23,296 nt of DNA from Candidatus Micrarchaeia archaeon (GTDB lineage Archaea > Micrarchaeota > Micrarchaeia > Burarchaeales > JACRGF01). The notes beneath the pieces are model-generated. The model saw only the letters and a list, made by a program, of their open reading frames with translations. It was not told where the DNA came from and did not search any database. Below are positions 14,819-23,296 of the stretch, one piece after another. Each line of letters starts with the position of its first letter. Positions within the stretch are counted from its first letter, which is position 1. The stretch is taken from the NCBI GenBank assembly GCA_038870455.1, contig JAWCPB010000019.1:1-23296 (forward strand), in the 5' to 3' direction. The position numbers were made by a program, and so were the translations under genes.

Positions 14819-17800
14819 GAAGATGGAGGCGATGTCTTTCTCGATGAGGGCGAGGCGCTGCTTGAGGTAGTCTGGCAGGGCATAGCGCTCGGCTATTTCG
14901 CGCGAGAGGGATAGGTACTTTTCGATGCCTCCCTTGTTGACTGTCAGCAGGAGCTTGCCGCCGCACCGCCTGCATTTTCCGAGAAGCGGAACGCGGCGGT
15001 ACTTGAAGTTGCAGTCGCCGCAGCGGAATTCCTGGCGCGAGAAAGAACGCAGGTTGCCGTACAGGTCGGGCAGGAAGTGGGAGAGGATGACGCGCGCTGC
15101 AGCGTCGCGCGCGTCGGCAGCGCGGATTTTTTCCGTCAGCGAAAACTGGATTTCAAGCTTTTCCTTCATGCTCTTGAGGGAAACGTAGGCCGTGCGCACG
15201 GGCCCGCCGTGAATGCTTGCCGCGGAGTGCGTGAAGCCGAGGCCTGCATAGACCGAGGGCCGGCCGAGGCGGTCGCCCACCTTCTCGAGCTTGGCTTCTG
15301 AGGGAGAGGCGAAGCGCTGGCAGGCCTCGTAGAATTCGAGCGGGTAGCGCGCCACGACTTCCATAGCATGCACTTCGTCATCCACTTCCTTCGGGTCGAT
15401 GGCCGAGGAGAGGATGAGCGGCGCGTCCATCGAGCCGCCCCTCGACTCGGGCAGGAACGCGCGCGAGAAGTTCAGGAGCGCGTCCATAAGCAGCATGATG
15501 GAGTCCTCATCTCCGTCAGCGTTCCTTCTTCTGGCCGCAATTGTATATGGATGGCAGTACATGGCATTGGCTTTCGTGAAGCCGACAACGCGGCCGAGCA
15601 CTCCGCACGAGGTGTGCGGCGATAGGGTGACCACGAGGGTGCCGACGAGCTCATCACGCGAGGCTATGTTGTAGAATGGGGACTGGCCGTAGAGGAGGAT
15701 GAGCTCGTCATCCACGAATTTTGCCACGCGCAGGAGGTAGTCGGCGCCGCTCTCGGGCAGGATGATGTCCTGCGGACGCAGCTCGAGAAGCTGGCTGTGG
15801 GAAGAGAGGGGGGCGCCGTGGCAATCGTGCGTGTAGCCGAGCTCCCGCAGGCGCTCGACAGGCACGCCAACCTCCTCCGGAGTGAAGTGGGTGAGCGGGA
15901 GGTTGGTGGCGTCGAACCGGATCGTGCCATCCTTGAACACGAAGACATCGTGTTTGGAGCGCAGTATGCCCTTCTCGAGAGGCTCGGGGAGCTTGAGCGC
16001 GCTCGTCATGCCGCGCACGCCCTTCAGTTCCTCGGGAAAGAAGCCGCAGGCCGCCCTCGCCTTCTCGACTATGGAGACGATGTTGAGCGGCTTTGTGGCG
16101 AATGGAGCGGCCTTGCCACCGCACGCGCACTGGGAGCCTTGGATGGGCTTGGAGCACTTCGCGCAGGAACGGGTTACTAGGGCGCGGGAGCCGCACATTG
16201 GACAGCGGCTCGTGGTCGTGTGGGTGTTGCAGGCCGGGCAGCGCAGGGAAGCGGCTTCCACGAACACTCCCTTGCCCTCGAAGTCCCTCTCCCGCAGGCG
16301 CTTGAAGGCCTTTGCGATGGAGCGGGTTTTGCCGCCGGCGTTGCCTATCGGAAAGAGCACCTGCGGCGAGGCCTCCATTTTGCGCTCGCGCGCCTTCTCG
16401 GGCCTGCCCATGCGGCCGCCTATGTAAGTCGGCGCTTTGGGCATGACCTGGACGCCGGCAAGCTCGCTTATGAGGGAGAGGGCCGGCTTTTCAGGGGAAT
16501 AGGCTGCCTGGAATTTCTTGAGTGAAAGGCGTTTTCCCTCGAGCATGCCCAGCGAGCGCAGCAGCGCGTGAGCAGTGTCGGCATCGAGAAGAATGTTTTT
16601 CCCCTGCACGCGGTGGGGCACGCACAGCTCTTCGAGAACCTCCTTGGCTGGCGAGAACTCCACTGAAAAGCCGCGGACGTCGAACCACTCCATCAGAAGC
16701 CGGCCGGCAGCGAGCCACTCTGCGAGGAGCTTGAGCTGCTCGCTGGAGACATCGTGCCAGAAGAAAGTCCATCTCGGGTGAAGCGGAATGCCCAGCTTTT
16801 CAGAGAGGGAAAACGCTTCGGTGGCGGTGGCGGGATGAACGGGAGGCGGAAGGCCTTTGGCCGCGGCTGCTTTTTCAGCCAGCGCGGCCCACCACTCTTC
16901 GCACCACGCGCCGGGAACGAGCGGGTGGTTCGACTTGAGGAAGTCGCCGTAGGAAACGAGCAGGTCGCCGAGGAAGAGAATGCGCTTTACTTCGCCGCGC
17001 AGGCGCCTCGCCTCCCCCTCGCTCTCCACGCGCACGACATCGCCGCTGTTGAGGAGGACGACCGGGCCTTCGATGGAGTCGCAGGGGGTGACCACGCAGC
17101 CCTTGCCGGGCCTCTCCAGCTTCAACTGGGTGCCGATGGCCGGAAAGTCGTTGAGAATGGCCATGGTGGCGGGGTGCAACGCCTTGGCCGCGATGCCTGT
17201 CATGCGCGTGCGGCCGTAGCGCAGGCGGAAGCCCCCCTTGGCGCTGGGGTAGGCGAAGATGGGCCTGCCCGCAACGACGTCGCCGAGGAAAGAAGGGTTG
17301 GGCTTGACTTCGACGCTGCCTTCTTTCTTGGCTTTCTTGACGAGGTTCTCGAGCCACGACCAGTTGAGGCCGACTTTCCTGGTTATCTTGAGCACTTTGC
17401 TGGCCTTCTGGGCGATGCCTTCGGCGATGACCAGCGCGATGCCTCCCCTGATGCGGTTGGTGGCAACGCGCGGCAGGTCGCGGTGCACCTGCACCTCAAA
17501 CTGTTCGGTTGGGTCGCCGTCAACGCACACCGGGCAGTTTTTTACGATGAGTCGAATTTCGTCATCCGAAGGCTTGTGCTGCAGGCGCGCGGCGCGCGCG
17601 TCGTAAATGCTTATCTCCTCCACGTAGCGCTCGACTTCGGAGTCGGTGGGCCTGTAGTCGGCCACGCCCATCTTCAGGCGCGCGTAGTCGGCGAGCACTA
17701 CGGACAGCGCGGCGACGGTGCCGCCGGCGCTCCTGATCGGGCCCGCATAGAACAGGCTCAGGTAATCGCTTCCGTCCGGGTTCCTGCTCAGCCTGATGCC

Positions 17801-18148
17801 GGCTATGCCCTCGGTGGGGGCGACGAGAACTCCTTCGGTGAGCAGGGCCACGCCCGTGCGGATGGCTTGGTTGAGAAGCTCTTCCTTGCCGCCTCCGCCG
17901 TATTTTCCTTCAAGAATCTGTTCGGCTATGTTGAAAGCCAGCTCTTCCCTCGAGCGGTCGAGGCCCAGCGCGCGGATTCCCCCGGCAACGCCCCTCGGGC
18001 CCACGAGAGCCTCGACGCGCGCGGCCACGTCCTCGGCTATTTTAATCTCCGGCTCGTCCGCGGGGTCGATGTGCGTGGCTCGAGCGCGCCTGGCGACCTC
18101 GAAAGCCTTATTCAAGCCATTGGAGAGGGAAGCGAAGTAGCTATCCAT
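14774..18148 (-). CDS. polC: DNA polymerase II (PolD) large subunit DP2
   Basis: GPIRSAGGT, GGFRLRYGR, RMGRPEKA, FKDGTIRFDATN, PHTSCG, catalytic RRNADGDED, CxxC zinc modules and a C-terminal PIP-box-like QKQFNLADFM. No intein. Confidence 0.98.
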   Translation of the reverse strand: MDSYFASLSNGLNKAFEVARRARATHIDPADEPEIKIAEDVAARVEALVGPRGVAGGIRALGLDRSREELAFNIAEQILEGKYGGGGKEELLNQAIRTGVALLTEGVLVAPTEGIAGIRLSRNPDGSDYLSLFYAGPIRSAGGTVAALSVVLADYARLKMGVADYRPTDSEVERYVEEISIYDARAARLQHKPSDDEIRLIVKNCPVCVDGDPTEQFEVQVHRDLPRVATNRIRGGIALVIAEGIAQKASKVLKITRKVGLNWSWLENLVKKAKKEGSVEVKPNPSFLGDVVAGRPIFAYPSAKGGFRLRYGRTRMTGIAAKALHPATMAILNDFPAIGTQLKLERPGKGCVVTPCDSIEGPVVLLNSGDVVRVESEGEARRLRGEVKRILFLGDLLVSYGDFLKSNHPLVPGAWCEEWWAALAEKAAAAKGLPPPVHPATATEAFSLSEKLGIPLHPRWTFFWHDVSSEQLKLLAEWLAAGRLLMEWFDVRGFSVEFSPAKEVLEELCVPHRVQGKNILLDADTAHALLRSLGMLEGKRLSLKKFQAAYSPEKPALSLISELAGVQVMPKAPTYIGGRMGRPEKARERKMEASPQVLFPIGNAGGKTRSIAKAFKRLRERDFEGKGVFVEAASLRCPACNTHTTTSRCPMCGSRALVTRSCAKCSKPIQGSQCACGGKAAPFATKPLNIVSIVEKARAACGFFPEELKGVRGMTSALKLPEPLEKGILRSKHDVFVFKDGTIRFDATNLPLTHFTPEEVGVPVERLRELGYTHDCHGAPLSSHSQLLELRPQDIILPESGADYLLRVAKFVDDELILLYGQSPFYNIASRDELVGTLVVTLSPHTSCGVLGRVVGFTKANAMYCHPYTIAARRRNADGDEDSIMLLMDALLNFSRAFLPESRGGSMDAPLILSSAIDPKEVDDEVHAMEVVARYPLEFYEACQRFASPSEAKLEKVGDRLGRPSVYAGLGFTHSAASIHGGPVRTAYVSLKSMKEKLEIQFSLTEKIRAADARDAAARVILSHFLPDLYGNLRSFSRQEFRCGDCNFKYRRVPLLGKCRRCGGKLLLTVNKGGIEKYLSLSREIAERYALPDYLKQRLALIEKDIASIFQDETQKQFNLADFM

Positions 18149-19637
18149 GCTGAGCCTCGCCGAAGTTGATGACGTCGAGCTTGAGCGAGCGCAGGTTGTA
18201 CACGGGAAGGAAGCAGGGGGTGGGCACGTGGCCCAGGCGAATCTGGAACGATGTTCTCGCCTGCCAGGTTCCTGCGTTCAACAGGAAAGTGCCTTTGTAG
18301 CGGTCGGCGCCGTTCTTGTGAAGGTGGCCCATGTGAATGAGGTCCGGCGCCTCGTCAATGAGCATGTAGTCCCTGTGCTCGGGGATGATGGGGTTCTCGC
18401 CGTAAATAGGCGAAAGGTTTCTTCTCTTCAGGAGCTCGGCCATGGCTTTCTCGGGCCTCTCGTAACTCGAGTTCGGGATTGCCGCGATGATGCTGTCGAG
18501 CGAAGTGCCGTGGTAGAGCAGCGCGCGCAGGCCCTCCACTTCCAGCTGCGAGGGGTTCCCGAGAAAATGCGCGTTCGGAGGGGCGTGGTCTTTCACGAGC
18601 TCGGCGCCTATGGCCGGCTGGGGTTCCGCCCTCCTGACCGCATCGTGGTTGCCCGGAATGACTATGACCTCGATGTAGTTAGGAACTTGGGCCAGGAGCT
18701 CGCAGAAGGCCTTGTACTGGTCGTGAATGTCAAGAATGGCGAGCTCGTTCTCCTGCCCGGGATACACGCCCACGCCGTCAACGGCGTCGCCGGCGACAAA
18801 AAGATACTTCACTTTGCCGGCGAGCTCCCTCTCGCCGGGCGGGCAGTTTCCGTTGAGCCAGCTCAGCATGCGCTTGAAAGGCCCTTCCAGAAAGTTCCTG
18901 CTGCCCACGTGAGTGTCGCTGACGAAAGCCGCGCACACCTCGCGCTCGGCCCTCCTCGCCTCGCGCGGGGGCACATCGGGCCAGGTGATCTGGGAGGCGA
19001 TGAGGAAAGCCTCGCTGAGCCTTCCCTCCACGGCGATGACGTCGTCGAGCAGCACCGAGGATGCGGCGGAAAAGACATCGCCGCTCTTCTCGCTCTTGAG
19101 CGCGAGCACTTTGGCGGTGTCGTCCTCGCTCTCGAGCTCGAGGAGAATGTGGCCGTTCTTGGTCACCCTCTTGTCCGCCACCAGGCCGATGACGCGCACC
19201 TCGCTTCCCCTCGCGCTCTTTCTCAGGGAAGAGATGGGGACCGTGGCTAGGTTCGAGTGGTGGCCCAGCAGGACGCTCTCGAGCCTCTTGTGCCTGTCCC
19301 TGAAGTAGAGCACGAAATCGTCGAGCGAGCCGGTGCATCTGCTCTTGCCTGTCACTTCCTTATCGGGAAGGAAGCGGAGGTCGGGCTCGAGCTCCTTGGC
19401 GGCGGGGGCGAAGCCGCTGCTGCGCACGACTTCGACGGGAAGGGGGATTTTCTTCTCCTCCCTCTTCCTGACAATTTCCTGAACGAGCTCGACGGTGACA
19501 ATGGGGGCGGTCTTTTCCAGGAGAATCTGCTCGGCGACATAGCCCGGGTCCTCGAGAGTCCCAATGAGCCTCGCGGCATCGGCGGTGACGAGGCGGTCGG
19601 CCTCGGTCAAGCGTTTTACAATCTCTTCACTCGCCAT
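18141..19637 (-). CDS. polB: DNA polymerase II (PolD) small subunit DP1 (proofreading exonuclease)
   Basis: OB fold plus calcineurin-like phosphoesterase motifs SDTHVGS, GDAVDG, PGNHD, YHG and HMGHLH; overlaps the polC start. Confidence 0.97.
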   Translation of the reverse strand: MASEEIVKRLTEADRLVTADAARLIGTLEDPGYVAEQILLEKTAPIVTVELVQEIVRKREEKKIPLPVEVVRSSGFAPAAKELEPDLRFLPDKEVTGKSRCTGSLDDFVLYFRDRHKRLESVLLGHHSNLATVPISSLRKSARGSEVRVIGLVADKRVTKNGHILLELESEDDTAKVLALKSEKSGDVFSAASSVLLDDVIAVEGRLSEAFLIASQITWPDVPPREARRAEREVCAAFVSDTHVGSRNFLEGPFKRMLSWLNGNCPPGERELAGKVKYLFVAGDAVDGVGVYPGQENELAILDIHDQYKAFCELLAQVPNYIEVIVIPGNHDAVRRAEPQPAIGAELVKDHAPPNAHFLGNPSQLEVEGLRALLYHGTSLDSIIAAIPNSSYERPEKAMAELLKRRNLSPIYGENPIIPEHRDYMLIDEAPDLIHMGHLHKNGADRYKGTFLLNAGTWQARTSFQIRLGHVPTPCFLPVYNLRSLKLDVINFGEAQHG

Positions 19638-19646
19638 CCGGCGCCT

Positions 19647-19910
19647 CTACTCGCCTTCCTTTATCGTCTCGAGCGCGCTGAGAATCGTCCAAATCTGTGT
19701 CCTGGCGTGCGCGGGCATGTTGATGTCCTCGCTCACCTCGTCGAGGATGTACACGGCGCTGCTCGCGCGCTGGACAATTTCCTCGCTTCCCGAAAGCTTG
19801 GCCTTTGCATCGCTCACCGCCTTGCGGATGTTCTTCGGCACGCTCGTGTCGTTGATAAGGATGTCCATGAGGGAAACGATTTGGCTGATTTTCTCCTCCT
19901 GCGACGGCAT
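19647..19910 (-). CDS. UPF0147 family protein
   Basis: DTSVPKNIRKA...LDEVSEDINMPAHARTQIWTILSALE signature; GAGGTGA ribosome-binding site upstream. Confidence 0.9.
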   Translation of the reverse strand: MPSQEEKISQIVSLMDILINDTSVPKNIRKAVSDAKAKLSGSEEIVQRASSAVYILDEVSEDINMPAHARTQIWTILSALETIKEGE

Positions 19911-19945
19911 GCCATCACCTCTTTTGTGGAACTCGCTCCACGCAA

Positions 19946-20133
19946 CGGGCCCGAAGGGATTCTCAGACCCTTTTTCCGTGAACGCTTTTTCGGTTTGCCG
20001 AAAAAGGGTTCTTTGAACCCTTGACCGTCAGCTTTCTTGGCCTCGGGGGAATCCCGGGGCGTAGAAGGCTGCTGCGCTATGTGCCCACCTTTTCCGGTTC
20101 GCGAAAAAGGGTTCCAGGCTGCGCCACGGGCCC
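19946..20133 (-). tRNA. trnR: tRNA-Arg(UCU) with three introns (sites 19/20, 37/38, 59/60)
   Basis: Exons 20133-20114, 20080-20062, 20033-20012 and 19959-19946 join to a 75-nt cloverleaf: GGGCCCG TG GCGC AGCCTGGATA GCGC A GCAGC CT-TCT-AA GCTGA CGGTC AAGGG TTCAAAT CCCTT CGGGCCC G. Introns of 33, 28 and 52 nt have BHB-like junctions. CCA is not encoded. Confidence 0.92.
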
Positions 20134-20235
20134 TTTGTTTTGTTTCGTTATAGGCTTGCGCCCGCTATACGCGGGCTTTGCTGTGAATAAAATGGCTGCA
20201 AGGTTTATTAACTCTTGCGCGGTGTTTTTCCGGTG

Positions 20236-20904
20236 ATGGGGCCCTCCGAGATAGCAGCGCTGATCGACTACTCGCAACTCAAACCAACCGTCACGCGCCG
20301 GGACGTTCGGCGGATGTGCGCCCTGGCGCGGCGCTACGGCTTTCACGCGGTGTGCGTGAACTCGCATTGGGTGAGGGAGTGCGCGCGGCTCCTCAAGGGA
20401 AGCGGCGTGAAGGTGGCCGCCACCGTCGGCTATCCGCTGGGGGCCGCGAGCACGAGGGCGAAAGTTGCGGAGGCCGAGCAGGCCTTCCGCGATGGCGCGG
20501 ACGAGGTAGATATCGTGATGAACATCGGCGAGATGCTGAGCAGGAACGAGAGGGAGGTTTTGCGGGATTTGAAGGAGGCCGTGGCGGTCGCCAGAAGGAG
20601 AGGAAAGTGCGCCAAGGCGATCATCGAGACGGCGTACTTGAGCAAGAGGCAAAAAATTGCCGCGTGCAGGCTTGCGTTGCGGGCGGGCGCCGATTTCGTA
20701 AAGACTTCAACGGGCTATGCGCCCAGAGGCGCGAGCGCGGAGGATGTCAGGCTCATCAGGCGGGTTGTCGGGAAGAAGGCGGGGATAAAGGCTGCGGGAG
20801 GCATTCGCAGCCTGCGGCAAGTGCTTGCTCTCGTTGCCGCGGGCGCGGACAGGATCGGCGCGACCGCAGGGCCGGAGATCGTGGAGGAAGCGCGACATTG
20901 CTAG
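20236..20904 (+). CDS. deoC: Deoxyribose-phosphate aldolase
   Basis: IDYSQLKP, AVCVN, VGYPLG, GADEVDIVMNIG, KAIIET, GADFVKTSTG (Schiff-base Lys), KAAGGIR, GADRIG. ATG at 20236. Confidence 0.96.
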   Translation: MGPSEIAALIDYSQLKPTVTRRDVRRMCALARRYGFHAVCVNSHWVRECARLLKGSGVKVAATVGYPLGAASTRAKVAEAEQAFRDGADEVDIVMNIGEMLSRNEREVLRDLKEAVAVARRRGKCAKAIIETAYLSKRQKIAACRLALRAGADFVKTSTGYAPRGASAEDVRLIRRVVGKKAGIKAAGGIRSLRQVLALVAAGADRIGATAGPEIVEEARHC

Positions 20905-21308
20905 TGCGCGTGCTCGTGTCCTGCGGGAAAGCGCACGGGATAAGAGTGTTCTTCGATGAGGCCGGCCTTCTTGAGGCTGCGGATTTCTTTCTCGAGCGCT
21001 GCTTTTGTCTTGAAAACCTGCGTGAGGCTGAACTCGTAGAGAGTTTCCCTGCCGTGAAGCAGGCTCGGGGAGCTCTTTACTTCAATGATGCAGCGGGCAG
21101 CGCGCTCGCACAGCTTTTCAAGAGCGCTTTTAATCTGGCGCGACTCGCCTCCTTCAAAGCGCTTTTCGCCTTCCTTGAACCTGCCGTACTTGCGGAGCTC
21201 GATGAAGCCGCTGAGCTGGAGGGAGCGCAGGCGCGGGATGACGAGCATGCGCAGGTCGCTCGACCAGAATCTGTTGCTCTTGAAAAGCCGCTGCAGCAGG
21301 GCGAACAT
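20901..21308 (-). CDS. Hypothetical protein directly downstream of secD
   Basis: 135-aa ORF whose ATG abuts the secD stop (TGA-ATG) and which fills the gap to deoC. No family recognised. Confidence 0.55.
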   Translation of the reverse strand: MFALLQRLFKSNRFWSSDLRMLVIPRLRSLQLSGFIELRKYGRFKEGEKRFEGGESRQIKSALEKLCERAARCIIEVKSSPSLLHGRETLYEFSLTQVFKTKAALEKEIRSLKKAGLIEEHSYPVRFPAGHEHAH

Positions 21309-22874
21309 TCACTCCTCCTCCACGCCGAAAAGGTGCTCGACGAGCGCGGCGTAGGCGGGGCGCGAGATGCCCACTCCCAGGAGGTAGCCGAGCACCGTGG
21401 AGGTGGCGAAGCCGACTATTTCAACGAGGCCGGAGAAGAGCAGGGGAAGCATGGCGACCGCGGCGATGGTCGCATTCGTGGTGATTATCTGAAAAGCCCT
21501 GTCGAGCCTGCGCCTTGTGCCCGCCTCGGTCATCCCCCCGCGCTTGAGAATCTCGTCCGTTATGACAATCTGCGCATCAACGGAAACGCCGAGCGCGGCG
21601 ATGATGCCGGCCATGGCCGACAGGTCGATGGTGCCGACGCTGCCGATGACGGACACGAGGACGGTGAGCTCAGCAACAGAAATGAGTATGATGGGCAGAA
21701 TGACCTTCGGGGCGCGGTAGCGGACGGAGACGAGGAGGACGATGCCCGCGAGGGCGGCGAGCGCGCCCACCACGCTGTAGCGCAGGAACTCCGCCCCAAG
21801 GGGCGCGGGAATGGTCGTGGTCGAGCCCATGATGATGCGGACTGGAAGCGCGCCGCCGCTGAGGATGCTGCGCAGCTTCTTCATCTGCAGCAGCGCGTAG
21901 GCGCGCTGCTCGTCGAAAGACGCGCCTTTCGCCGAGCCGGAAACCTGGTAGAGCTGGCCGACCACGCCCGAGGCAAGGCCTTTGCTGAGCCTGGGCGAGG
22001 AGAGCAGGCCCACGGCAGGCCACGCGTCTACCTCAAGAGCCTGGCCCGTTGCCTGAAACTCCGGGGTCATTTCGGCGCGCGTTTTGTTGGAGATGACGAA
22101 GCCCATGGCGCGAAGATCGGAAACGATGGATGGGGAGAGCGTGTTCGAGACAATGGCCTTTGTTTCGTTTGTTCTCGAGAGGTTGACGATGCGCGCGCGC
22201 GCTTCGGCCCAGTCGCCGAGGACGAAAATGGGGATGGTGGCGTTTTCCCTGCGCACCGCCCTCTCGAGAGCCGCGAGCGCGGCCTCCTCCGAAACGCTTT
22301 CGTTGAGCAGAACATCCCTCTCGACAACGACGATGGCGTCGTCAGGCCGGTCGAGAAACATGTAGACGGGGTATTCGGCTTTCCCCCTCGCCGCGTCGGC
22401 GAACTTGGCCACGCTCTCCTGCGTGATGGCGAACCCCACCGCCCAGGTGATGCGGTTGCCCTGCGTGGTCGGCTCCTCCTGAATGCTGCCCGGAATGATG
22501 TCCTCGCCCGACACGGCGACGCGGCCGTCGATGATTCCCTCGAACTTTCCCACTTCCCTGACTATCTTCTCGACTTCCTGAATGAAGGAAGGGTCGCCCT
22601 TGGGAACCTCGACGTAGATTTCGCTCGCCCCCACGCCCCTGACAACAACCTGGGCGAGGCCGAACTTGGCCAGGCGCGTCTTGAGAATGCCGATGACCTC
22701 GTCCATGGTCTCGGCATCCACGGGCCTCTCGAGAGTGAGAGGCAGGCGCGTGCCCCCCTCGAACTCTATGCCGAAGTGAAGCCCCCTCCAGGCCGCGAGC
22801 GACAGGGCTAGCAGCACGAGCACCGCGAGCGCGAGCACGCGCCTGTCGCCTGCCAGAGAGTGCGTGATGGGCAT
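21309..22874 (-). CDS. secD: Protein translocase subunit SecD (archaeal type)
   Basis: N-terminal TM, GIEFEGGT, large extracytoplasmic domain, LSGGALPV, LGAEF, then five TMs with GVSVDAQIVITDE. Confidence 0.93.
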   Translation of the reverse strand: MPITHSLAGDRRVLALAVLVLLALSLAAWRGLHFGIEFEGGTRLPLTLERPVDAETMDEVIGILKTRLAKFGLAQVVVRGVGASEIYVEVPKGDPSFIQEVEKIVREVGKFEGIIDGRVAVSGEDIIPGSIQEEPTTQGNRITWAVGFAITQESVAKFADAARGKAEYPVYMFLDRPDDAIVVVERDVLLNESVSEEAALAALERAVRRENATIPIFVLGDWAEARARIVNLSRTNETKAIVSNTLSPSIVSDLRAMGFVISNKTRAEMTPEFQATGQALEVDAWPAVGLLSSPRLSKGLASGVVGQLYQVSGSAKGASFDEQRAYALLQMKKLRSILSGGALPVRIIMGSTTTIPAPLGAEFLRYSVVGALAALAGIVLLVSVRYRAPKVILPIILISVAELTVLVSVIGSVGTIDLSAMAGIIAALGVSVDAQIVITDEILKRGGMTEAGTRRRLDRAFQIITTNATIAAVAMLPLLFSGLVEIVGFATSTVLGYLLGVGISRPAYAALVEHLFGVEEE

Positions 22875-23296
22875 TCACATCCCTTTCCTCTCGAGGTACC
22901 ACAGGATGACGACCGCGTTGAGGCCCCAGGTCGCCACGAGATCGCCCAGCAGGCCGGCTATGGCCACAGAGGCGATCTGGTAATAGGTGGGAATGTGGGT
23001 GACGAGCGCGAGCGCGAGCAGCGCGCCGAACGCCACGAGGGCGGCGAGCGACATGGTCGCGCCCGTCTTCATCGTCTCGTAAGCGCGCTGGCGGGGCGTG
23101 CCCTCGGTGCGCTTGAGCGTGCGCATGGTGAGGAGGATGTCGGTGTCGAGCGAGAAGCCGATGAGCATGAGCAGGGCGGCGAACGAAGGCAGGGTGAGGG
23201 GAATGCCGAAAGCGCCCATAGCCCCGAGCGCTATGACGATGTCCGATGCCGCGCCCGTGAGAACAGCGAGGGATGGACTGAAAGTGCGGAAGACGA
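22875..23296 (-). CDS. secF: Protein translocase subunit SecF, 5'-partial (runs off the window)
   Basis: Frame is open to the window edge: VFRTFSPSLAVLTGAASD...AALLMLIGFSLDTDILLT...GLLGDLVATWGLNA. Its stop abuts the secD start. Confidence 0.92.
   Translation of the reverse strand, partial: VFRTFSPSLAVLTGAASDIVIALGAMGAFGIPLTLPSFAALLMLIGFSLDTDILLTMRTLKRTEGTPRQRAYETMKTGATMSLAALVAFGALLALALVTHIPTYYQIASVAIAGLLGDLVATWGLNAVVILWYLERKGM

Noticed and set aside
14774-18148. Intein in DP2
   Set aside because: The length is normal, the conserved motifs are contiguous, and there are no splicing or LAGLIDADG motifs.
16754-20024. Long plus-strand ORFs of 471, 367 and 255 aa
   Set aside because: Antisense shadows of polC and polB.
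19920-20200. SRP RNA, RNase P RNA or a Sec61-beta ORF upstream of UPF0147
   Set aside because: Signature motifs are absent; the region is explained by the intron-containing tRNA-Arg.
20316-22811. 831-aa plus-strand ORF
   Set aside because: Shadow frame overlapping deoC and antisense to secD in high-GC sequence; no motifs.

Overview
Archaeal chromosomal segment, probably DPANN/Micrarchaeota-like (an inference from gene content and tRNA architecture, not from a phylogeny). Core genes: PolD small and large subunits (polB/DP1, polC/DP2), a UPF0147 protein, deoC, secF-secD, a short ERCC4/XPF nuclease, a PIN-domain protein, a wHTH-MNT/HEPN pair, a HExxH membrane peptidase and a partial thioredoxin-fold gene. 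Features the ORF track does not show: (1) a tRNA-Arg(UCU) gene at 19946-20133 (-) split by three introns (D-loop, anticodon loop, T-loop), each with a bulge-helix-bulge-like junction; (2) two of these introns resemble each other and a free-standing 40-bp palindrome repeated twice at 1121-1221; (3) a ~120-bp multi-hairpin element in two copies (1222-1340 + and 14653-14773 -), the second flanked by a perfect 45-bp duplication of the polC 3' end; (4) a lower-GC block (7242-14122) of three unassignable genes, including a 1455-aa protein with a beta-strand-rich C-terminal region ending in Phe.
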